Virus record (IMG/VR): IMGVR_UViG_3300017971_002799
Coordinates: 64,001-87,793 of that record
Reading direction: 5' to 3' (one strand)
DNA: 23,793 nt
DNA from: a virus
Lineage: Duplodnaviria; Heunggongvirae; Uroviricota; Caudoviricetes
Shown piece after piece: positions 17,824-23,793 of the stretch (the first letter of the stretch is position 1; every line of letters begins with the position of its first letter). The notes under the pieces are model-generated. The model did not search any database. It was not told the DNA's origin and saw only the letters and a list, made by a program, of their open reading frames with translations. Made by a program: the position numbers and the translations under genes.

Positions 17824-18384
17824 ATGTCAGACTATATACAACAAGAAATCTTAAAAGCCTTGAAGAGCGTCGACCGTCCTGGAATGGAGGACGTGGTAGA
17901 GTTTCTCATCACGAGAAACTTCTTCAAATGTCCAGCCTCTACCAAATTCCACGGCAACTACGAAGGAGGCCTCGCAGAGCACTCCTTGAATGTGTGCAAG
18001 AACTTCACGGAGCTTTTGGAAGCTACCAATCTCTTGGAAGAAGTGCCAGCAGATACAATCATAATATCTACAATACTCCACGACATCTGCAAAGTAGGAG
18101 CCTACATACCTAATAACAACGGAGGCTTCAAATGGAACAGAGAACATCCCAAGGGTCACGGCACCCTTTCAGTCAAACGTCTCATGTCTCTTATTGAGCT
18201 CACTCCACTAGAGAGAGACTTAATCAACTTCCACATGGGACCTTGGAACACCTTCCAGATGATCGGAACAGACAAAGGCGACTACACAGTTATGGACCTA
18301 AAAGAAGCCTGGAATCGAAACCTAGCCACACGCTTCCTATACTTCGCAGACGAAATCGCCACCGTTACCGAACCGGTAAAATAG
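17824..18384 (+). CDS. HD-domain metal-dependent phosphohydrolase (186 aa)
   Basis: KFHGNYEGGLAEHSLNV, ILHDICK, HPKGHG, FHMG and YFADE motifs typical of phage HD proteins; GAAGGAG SD. Confidence 0.9.
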   Translation: MSDYIQQEILKALKSVDRPGMEDVVEFLITRNFFKCPASTKFHGNYEGGLAEHSLNVCKNFTELLEATNLLEEVPADTIIISTILHDICKVGAYIPNNNGGFKWNREHPKGHGTLSVKRLMSLIELTPLERDLINFHMGPWNTFQMIGTDKGDYTVMDLKEAWNRNLATRFLYFADEIATVTEPVK

Positions 18385-18385
18385 T

Positions 18386-18586
18386 ATGGCCTTTGCGCTT
18401 TATCAACTAGCACTACAGAACCCGAACACTAGAAAGAAGTGGGAAGATTTTGATAGAAGACATCCAGGACTACTAGATAAATGTCCCGAATGTAATTCTC
18501 CCATGCTTAGATTCTCCAACAACCCTCGCATGGGCATCATAGAATGTATCTGCCCAGACCACGGACTAATTTTACTAGAACCATAG
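18386..18586 (+). CDS. Zinc-finger protein (66 aa)
   Basis: CPEC ... CICPDH. Confidence 0.6.
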   Translation: MAFALYQLALQNPNTRKKWEDFDRRHPGLLDKCPECNSPMLRFSNNPRMGIIECICPDHGLILLEP

Positions 18587-18590
18587 ACAA

Positions 18591-19211
18591 ATGAAAGAAC
18601 TCACTCTTGAAATAACGAACAAGTGTCAACTAGAATGTCCCTGGTGCAGCTCAGTCTCTCATCCTGGAGGACCTGACACACCTGAAGACATCTTACACAA
18701 AAAACTTATCGAACACAGAGACACAGTTAATGTAGTACGAATGTCAGGAGGAGAACCTACTCTACACAAAGGACTACGTAGATTACTAGCTCGAGCTAAA
18801 GACTTCAGTGCGCACACCCAACTTCTAACAAACGGACAAATCGAATTTACCAGTAGGTTCATCGACGAATATATAATCCAGATAGTAAACAACAAAGCTT
18901 GCAGGACAGCTACACAACTACACGATAAGGGCTATAAAGTATCTACACACGTAGTAGCTGTACAAGGTAACGAAATCAATCTCATTAAAGCCATGGAACT
19001 AATGAGAGAAGAACTCATTCCACTTAGAATACTAAGTCTACAACACCAAGGCAGAGGAACAGCTTGTACTCCTATGTACAGTCTATCCTGGACAGGAGAC
19101 AGAGGCTGCAAGAAAACCCAAAAAATAACATTCACAACCCAACAAGAAGAAATAACGTGTAGCGCTTTAAAAGAAGGCCCTTGCTTAATCAGTGGCCTCT
19201 ACAGAACATAA
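18591..19211 (+). CDS. Radical SAM protein (206 aa)
   Basis: ITNKCQLECPWC (CxxxCxxC), SGGEPTLH, TNG; extra Cys residues near the C-terminus. Confidence 0.92.
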   Translation: MKELTLEITNKCQLECPWCSSVSHPGGPDTPEDILHKKLIEHRDTVNVVRMSGGEPTLHKGLRRLLARAKDFSAHTQLLTNGQIEFTSRFIDEYIIQIVNNKACRTATQLHDKGYKVSTHVVAVQGNEINLIKAMELMREELIPLRILSLQHQGRGTACTPMYSLSWTGDRGCKKTQKITFTTQQEEITCSALKEGPCLISGLYRT

Positions 19212-19215
19212 TTAT

Positions 19216-19288
19216 GGGGAACCCAGGTCGACGATTCGACCGCGCCTACCCAGACGTAGAGATTCTAATCGCCTGGTAATCCCCACCA
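19216..19288 (+). ncRNA. 73-nt tRNA/tmRNA-TLD-like structured RNA candidate ending ACCA
   Basis: GGGGA pairs with TCCCC-ACCA; CCAGG/CCTGG, GGTCGA/TCGACC and CTAC/GTAG stems; intergenic; not a canonical cloverleaf. Confidence 0.45.
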
Positions 19289-19295
19289 AAAGAAA

Positions 19296-19475
19296 ATGGG
19301 CGTAACAATCTTACCATCAACTCTCGACGGATCATATACTCCAATCTGTAACGACTGCGGGGTTGCACTCTGTTGGGATATATCAGAAGAAGAATACCAA
19401 GAAAAGAAAGAAGCCTGGGACAACTGGATCTGTAAAGATTGTAAGGAGCACAATGCCAAACATTTACGAGTATGA
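19296..19475 (+). CDS. Zinc-finger protein (59 aa; absent from ORF track)
   Basis: Hand translation MGVTILPSTLDGSYTPICNDCGVALCWDISEEEYQEKKEAWDNWICKDCKEHNAKHLRV*. Confidence 0.7.
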   Translation: MGVTILPSTLDGSYTPICNDCGVALCWDISEEEYQEKKEAWDNWICKDCKEHNAKHLRV

Positions 19476-19797
19476 AGGAGACTCTTACGAAGACATATAT
19501 CTCACCTCCGGAATGTTAATATCCCACGGCTTCACTCGAATTGTTCACGGAGACAGAGGGGCCTACGTAGAGTTTGACCCAGAACAAATCCTCCACGAAA
19601 ACCTCTTCGTGCCGGATGACAAGAAATGGAAACTCAGACATGAAATGGTTTACTTCGTAGAACATAGAACAAACGACGGAACCTTCTCTCTCGTGTACGA
19701 ACAAAGAAGAGAAGTAGACTACGCAGACTACGTACCCGGAATGTTTTACATCTCACCAACAAAACTAAAAGGATTTGTCGTCACAGACAAGTATTAA
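19453..19797 (+). CDS. Conserved-looking phage hypothetical protein (114 aa; start re-assigned to MPNIYEY)
   Basis: AAGGAG SD before ATG at 19453; aromatic-rich, globular-looking sequence. Confidence 0.7.
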   Translation: MPNIYEYEGDSYEDIYLTSGMLISHGFTRIVHGDRGAYVEFDPEQILHENLFVPDDKKWKLRHEMVYFVEHRTNDGTFSLVYEQRREVDYADYVPGMFYISPTKLKGFVVTDKY

Positions 19798-19800
19798 GAC

Positions 19801-19916
19801 AGAGCTGGGAGTATAACTCAGTAGGTAGGAACTTGCCGGGTTCTTTCTAATTGAGATTCGTGCTCGTGACACATAGCCTACTTGGGGTGAGTGCAAGTTT
19901 TAACCCCGCCAGCTCT
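19801..19916 (+). ncRNA. ~116-nt structured RNA / leader upstream of the lipoprotein gene
   Basis: AGAGCTGG/CCAGCTCT closing stem; CTCAGTAGG/CCTACTTGGG inner stem; GGAACT/GGTTCT hairpin; tRNA-like D-loop and T-loop look-alike segments. Confidence 0.45.
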
Positions 19917-19934
19917 CAACAAAAAGGAGGAATC

Positions 19935-20426
19935 ATGAAAAGAATACTCACCATCGGAATAATCCTAATAACCCTCAGTCTCCTAATGTCTCTTATGATA
20001 ACAGCCTGCGATAAGAACGTAAGAGTGGAAGTCACTGGAGGCACACCAGAAGAAACTCCCGAAGTAACACCAACAGAAACAGAAACGCCGTTTCTTCCTA
20101 TAGACACAGAAACACCTTTACCAACAGTAACAGGCACTGGTCCCGGCACACTTCTACCCATGCCTACAATTATAGCGCCGACACCTACTGAAGAACCAAC
20201 ACCACCTATACCTACAATGACTTTGGTTCCCATCCCAACAGAAGAACCGTTACCAATAGTTACACCCGGCACTATAATGTTCCCAACACCAGAACCTACA
20301 ACTGTAAAACCTACACCGACTATCGAGTTACCACTGCCGTTACCAACAACTGATCCAGGAACGCCTGTAATAACACCTATACCAACAATCGAAGGACCAA
20401 TAATCGAGCCGTTACCGGGGATTTAA
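19935..20426 (+). CDS. Pro/Thr-rich lipoprotein (163 aa; start re-assigned from 19851)
   Basis: AGGAGG SD; MKR + hydrophobic core + ITAC lipobox; imperfect TP/PT repeats to the end. Confidence 0.8.
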   Translation: MKRILTIGIILITLSLLMSLMITACDKNVRVEVTGGTPEETPEVTPTETETPFLPIDTETPLPTVTGTGPGTLLPMPTIIAPTPTEEPTPPIPTMTLVPIPTEEPLPIVTPGTIMFPTPEPTTVKPTPTIELPLPLPTTDPGTPVITPIPTIEGPIIEPLPGI

Positions 20427-20672
20427 ATGCGATCACAGAACACTACCAAAAGATTTACCGAAAAGCACAAACAGATAATGATACGAGTAGGCCAGGGAAA
20501 AGAGCAAAAAGAAATAGCCGCAGAACTCGGAGGCTCCCACAGAACTATAGGAAACCATATAATGGTTATTTGTGACGTTCTAAAGGCTAGAAACAAAACT
20601 CATGCCCTACTCCTTGCAATAAAACAAGGTTACATAGACCTGGAAGAAATAAAGTTATCAGTGGAGGCCTAA
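20427..20672 (+). CDS. Stand-alone LuxR/GerE-type HTH regulator (81 aa)
   Basis: GKEQKEIAAELGGSHRTIGNHI...LKARNKTHALLLAIKQGYI matches the LuxR HTH pattern. Confidence 0.88.
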   Translation: MRSQNTTKRFTEKHKQIMIRVGQGKEQKEIAAELGGSHRTIGNHIMVICDVLKARNKTHALLLAIKQGYIDLEEIKLSVEA

Positions 20673-20674
20673 AC

Positions 20675-20977
20675 ATGTGTGAAGAACTCGCATGCATGAT
20701 ATGTGGAGAATCAGCTGCCGAGAGAACATTAAGAGGAGGCTACGTCGCTACTCTTTGTATTACTCACCAAAACGATTGGAATAGGCATAACTTCGATTAC
20801 ACAAAAGCAGAAAGAAGATCGCGATTTGACTTCCTCCAAGAGAAAGCAAACAACTACGACATAGAAGAATCCGAATATCTAGAAATGACAAACTTCTACG
20901 AAGAATTCTTCCGCATAGCAGACGACTGGATTATAGAAGAAATCAACAAGTACGACCTAATCGGTCACCCAAATTAA
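20675..20977 (+). CDS. Zn-binding phage hypothetical protein (100 aa)
   Basis: CMICG...GYVATLCITH motif; GGAGG SD. Confidence 0.6.
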   Translation: MCEELACMICGESAAERTLRGGYVATLCITHQNDWNRHNFDYTKAERRSRFDFLQEKANNYDIEESEYLEMTNFYEEFFRIADDWIIEEINKYDLIGHPN

Positions 20978-20980
20978 AAC

Positions 20981-21079
20981 ATGGACGCCGCTAGTATAGC
21001 TCTTATAGTCCTTATGGGATTACCTTCACTAGTCGCCATCATCGTCATCATAGTAATTTACACAGGAGACAAAGAATAA
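20981..21079 (+). CDS. 32-aa single-TM micro-protein (absent from ORF track)
   Basis: MDAASIALIVLMGLPSLVAIIVIIVIYTGDKE*; TAATG overlap with the next gene. Confidence 0.6.
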   Translation: MDAASIALIVLMGLPSLVAIIVIIVIYTGDKE

Positions 21080-21306
21080 TGATATACCTAGCAATAGCCC
21101 TTAGCTACCTGCTTATAGGCATTTCTATATGCTCTATCATTGTCTACGCCACCAGGCAAAATCCTCACCCTGCAACAGTCGAGGAAATGCCCATACTCAC
21201 AGCCATCAGTTTAAGCTGGCCGATGGTCATCCTCTCAGCTCTTATATGGTTACCCTTAAAACCTCTTACCATTAAATGGTTTCAATTCTTAAGCTGTAGG
21301 AGATAA
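21079..21306 (+). CDS. Small 2-TM membrane protein (75 aa)
   Basis: Two hydrophobic segments; AGGAG SD. Confidence 0.65.
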   Translation: MIYLAIALSYLLIGISICSIIVYATRQNPHPATVEEMPILTAISLSWPMVILSALIWLPLKPLTIKWFQFLSCRR

Positions 21307-21307
21307 T

Positions 21308-21499
21308 ATGCACTTGTTATATTCGATACTAGGAAACATTATTCCAGCCATCGTCTTGCTTATCTTCTTCTACAAAGGATGTTCTAACGATCCTATGGGC
21401 TATACCGTTGCAATATCCGGCACTCTGTGGCTCATACTCATCGTCTTTGAAGCCCACCGTTACGACCGAATACAGCTAAAGGAACGCGAAAAGAAATGA
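21308..21499 (+). CDS. Small 2-TM membrane protein (63 aa)
   Basis: Two hydrophobic segments; abuts neighbours. Confidence 0.6.
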   Translation: MHLLYSILGNIIPAIVLLIFFYKGCSNDPMGYTVAISGTLWLILIVFEAHRYDRIQLKEREKK

Positions 21500-21678
21500 G
21501 TAAAAACTGGAGAGGTCTCTGGTGTCTAAAATGTTCTCGCTCCTACGAAACTGGGAAGCTTAAATGTCAAAAATGCGGAGGCCCACTTGTAACCATACAA
21601 ACATTCAAAACATATAAATCGGAGGAAGAAAATGACGGCAGCGAGAGACCCGAAGGTTATAGAAACCCTAACACCTAA
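21496..21678 (+). CDS. Zinc-ribbon protein (60 aa)
   Basis: CLKC ... CQKCGG. Confidence 0.65.
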   Translation: MSKNWRGLWCLKCSRSYETGKLKCQKCGGPLVTIQTFKTYKSEEENDGSERPEGYRNPNT

Positions 21679-22021
21679 AGAAGTACTAGTCATAGCTCAA
21701 ATAGCCAAAGGACGAAAAAATGCTGCTATAGCCAGCGAGGTTAGTACCACAACAAAAACAGTCGAAAAACATATCAACTCCATCTACGACAAACTAAACA
21801 TACAATACAATGAACACGCTAGAATAATAGCAGCGTTAACATACCTAGCCTATCAACGACTCCACAACAACCACACAATCAAAATATACATAAGCTGTGG
21901 ACGTAGCACCGGCTTCGTTGACGAGTTCCATGTAACAGACATAAACGACGAACCTCTTAAACCTCAAGAGTTCCCAAGCAGTTGGGCCGGTAAACGCTTT
22001 CAACTTATCGACGCGCCATGA
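21632..22021 (+). CDS. LuxR-type HTH regulator with C-terminal extension (129 aa)
   Basis: LTPKEVLVIAQIAKGRKNAAIA...TKTVEKHINSIYDKL...HARIIAALTY. Confidence 0.88.
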   Translation: MTAARDPKVIETLTPKEVLVIAQIAKGRKNAAIASEVSTTTKTVEKHINSIYDKLNIQYNEHARIIAALTYLAYQRLHNNHTIKIYISCGRSTGFVDEFHVTDINDEPLKPQEFPSSWAGKRFQLIDAP

Positions 22022-22230
22022 AAATTGCAATCATCGTGCTGGATGCTTTCCCGGTCAACTGTGTCTTCTGTATGAAAGACATCTGGCCTAGCAAAAGTCC
22101 TTGCGTGTCTTTCTTTGAAGGCGAACTCGTAGATCCAGACATAGCAGAAGAATGGGCAGGAGGTTGGGCTTGTCCTGAATGCTACTTAGAGAAAAGCTCA
22201 AATGAAAATCCGACTTACCGCAGCTATTGA
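22018..22230 (+). CDS. Zinc-finger protein (70 aa)
   Basis: CVFC ... CPEC. Confidence 0.55.
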   Translation: MKIAIIVLDAFPVNCVFCMKDIWPSKSPCVSFFEGELVDPDIAEEWAGGWACPECYLEKSSNENPTYRSY

Positions 22231-22453
22231 TCTCTACTTACTCATAGCCTTCATCGCCGCTCTGGGAAACGTTACGACCATTCTTATCCTAAGCGAAGCA
22301 CGAGACCAACCAGTACTTATTTACACAAACAACTATCAAGAAAGATGGCCTGAGATAATATTCTTCACAGGAGCTTGTATCCTAGCTATCTATCGACTAC
22401 CCAAACTAATCGGACGCACCCTAATCAAACTAGTTCTAGGAGACACCAAGTGA
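22202..22453 (+). CDS. Small 2-TM membrane protein (83 aa)
   Basis: Two hydrophobic segments. Confidence 0.6.
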   Translation: MKIRLTAAIDLYLLIAFIAALGNVTTILILSEARDQPVLIYTNNYQERWPEIIFFTGACILAIYRLPKLIGRTLIKLVLGDTK

Positions 22454-22731
22454 GTCCAAATAAAAAAGAACCCGTAGACAACAGACTAGCTCTCATACTT
22501 ACATTCATTGTGGTATTCTTCTACACAATCGACCAACTAAGAGAAGCCGGTCTAACATGGCTCATCTACATAATCATGCCACTCGCTACAATAGTGTTAA
22601 CTGTAGGCTTTTTCTATCGAAAGCATCAGTCCACACAAAACCTAATAGAACGACTTCAATCCCCTAAAGGAATGTCCATTGCCATAGCCCTCATTGGCTT
22701 AGCTATAGTAATGCACTTCGTAATAAGATGA
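22450..22731 (+). CDS. 3-TM membrane protein (93 aa; GTG start re-assigned from 22375)
   Basis: GTGA overlap with the upstream stop; three hydrophobic segments. Confidence 0.6.
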   Translation: MSPNKKEPVDNRLALILTFIVVFFYTIDQLREAGLTWLIYIIMPLATIVLTVGFFYRKHQSTQNLIERLQSPKGMSIAIALIGLAIVMHFVIR

Positions 22732-23354
22732 AAGAAGAACTACCCGGAAGCACAGAACACACAAGAGGAACCACCATGCGAACAACCATAAGAACAAGAA
22801 TCAACTACGGAAAACTCGGGCACTTAACTTGTTACAGTGGGCCACCCAACTCAGGACTCACCCTTGCATCCGTTATACATGTCTGCAAACTGCACAAGCT
22901 CGACCCAAGTAGACAAGTTATATCTAACACTCACCTAACAAAAATTCCCTACAAACCCTTTTCAATCTTCGAACTAGATCAATACACCCACAGTATTATC
23001 TTTATAGACTACATCCACTCCCTTGTAGATTCTCGAACAAGCGAACAAACCATTTCTCAAGCTATAACGAAATTCATGCAAGCCCTAAGAGCTTGGGACT
23101 GTATTGTCGTAATGAACGCCCCTAACCATGTACTAATACACGAACCCATACGAAGACAAATAACTGATATCTTTAGACCTACCTACTACCAAAACAAACG
23201 AGGCACCCCCTACCTAAAACTCTTTAAACTCCCGAACCCCCTCAAAGAAAACTACCAGATAGCTTATAAACCAATTCGTGTACGCAAATACTTCAAACAC
23301 TCCAACACTCGAGAAGTCTTTAATCCTTTTATATCTAAATGGCAACATGTATGA
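22728..23354 (+). CDS. Zot/pI-like P-loop ATPase homolog with degenerate Walker A and B (208 aa)
   Basis: GPPNSGLT, VISNTHL, IIFIDYIH..DSR, FMQALR and IRRQ follow the Zot-family motif order, but Walker A K is L and Walker B E is Y. Confidence 0.7.
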   Translation: MKEELPGSTEHTRGTTMRTTIRTRINYGKLGHLTCYSGPPNSGLTLASVIHVCKLHKLDPSRQVISNTHLTKIPYKPFSIFELDQYTHSIIFIDYIHSLVDSRTSEQTISQAITKFMQALRAWDCIVVMNAPNHVLIHEPIRRQITDIFRPTYYQNKRGTPYLKLFKLPNPLKENYQIAYKPIRVRKYFKHSNTREVFNPFISKWQHV

Positions 23355-23586
23355 GCAACTACAACTAAACATGGATCTCTTATTAACATATCTACCATTC
23401 GATCTCCCTAGGCAAAACCCTATAAATGAAAGACTCCTCTACCAACTAGGACACAAGCCCCCAGAACTTATAATGTTAGACGAATTCTATCTCCTCTGGA
23501 GTACTGAAGCCACTCTACACCTACGAAAAGCACACCGAATATTAAACCCTCACCTATACGAAGAACCAACACCTCCAACCCTTTAG
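23347..23586 (+). CDS. Hypothetical protein with Walker-B-like LIMLDEF (79 aa; start re-assigned from 23278)
   Basis: ATG at 23347 overlaps the ATPase stop. Confidence 0.5.
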   Translation: MYEQLQLNMDLLLTYLPFDLPRQNPINERLLYQLGHKPPELIMLDEFYLLWSTEATLHLRKAHRILNPHLYEEPTPPTL

Positions 23587-23762
23587 AACCGGCCCCTCCC
23601 CTCACCTGCCGCATTGCGATAAAGGACCAAACAAACCTCCCTACCTAGGTCCCTACGTGGCTATTTGGGCCGAGCTGATAGTCCCCTGTTCAGACCTCTC
23701 ACACAATCTGGTCGTCTAGATCACTCCCCCGTGTGGGTATTCGTCGTTGGCCCCAATTTAAA

Positions 23763-23793
23763 CCACCCCCCCCACCACCCACCGCCCACCCCC
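23763..23793 (-). repeat. G-run tract able to form a G-quadruplex at the window end
   Basis: Minus strand GGGGG-T-GGG-CGGT-GGG-TGGT-GGGGGGGG-TGG. Confidence 0.7.

Larger units (their letters stand above)
1..23793. mobile_element. Non-tailed virus / virus-like element, probably spindle-shaped-virus-like, probably bacterial host; truncated at left edge
   Basis: Dense divergent operons; small two-helix capsid-like protein, membrane-anchored spike/fibre proteins and Zot-like ATPase; many small Zn-finger ORFs; no housekeeping genes and no Caudoviricetes head/portal/terminase genes recognised. Confidence 0.85.

Noticed and set aside
19216-19916. Canonical tRNA or full-length tmRNA genes
   Set aside because: Neither element gives a proper 7-bp acceptor stem and paired T-arm; no tag-reading frame; kept only as ncRNA candidates.
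17288-22030. Minus-strand ORFs in the right arm (e.g. 17851-18159, 18659-18895, 19916-20272) and 17673-18113 (+)
   Set aside because: They overlap motif-bearing plus-strand genes in other frames; 19916-20272 just mirrors the PT repeats.
1-23793. CRISPR array, DGR template/variable repeats, att sites, IS ends
   Set aside because: No regularly spaced repeats, long near-identical repeat pair, reverse transcriptase, transposase or integrase seen by eye.

Overview
The window looks like most of a small (>24 kb), non-tailed virus or virus-like element with two divergent arms. The left arm (minus strand, 17096 to beyond base 1) is a structural/late module. It has a 65-aa two-helix hydrophobic protein resembling the major capsid proteins of archaeal spindle-shaped viruses (SSV1 VP1/His1 type), several very basic proteins, a 1764-aa low-complexity protein, two large secreted proteins with paralogous 3-TM C-terminal anchors, a DUF2341/LamG-like adhesin and a membrane-anchored tail-fibre-like protein cut by the window edge. 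The right arm (plus strand, 17312-23586) is an early/accessory module: HD phosphohydrolase, radical SAM protein, two LuxR-type HTH regulators, a Pro/Thr-rich lipoprotein, many small CxxC zinc-finger and membrane proteins, two tRNA-like structured RNA candidates and a Zot/pI-like ATPase with broken Walker motifs. Expression signals point to a bacterial host (sigma70 promoter, lipobox, LuxR domains; Chloroflexota is a guess), so the main candidate discovery is a spindle-virus-like morphogenetic module in a bacterial virus. I recognised no terminase, portal, HK97 capsid, integrase, polymerase, Rep or lysin. All family assignments come from motif recognition by eye, not database searches.
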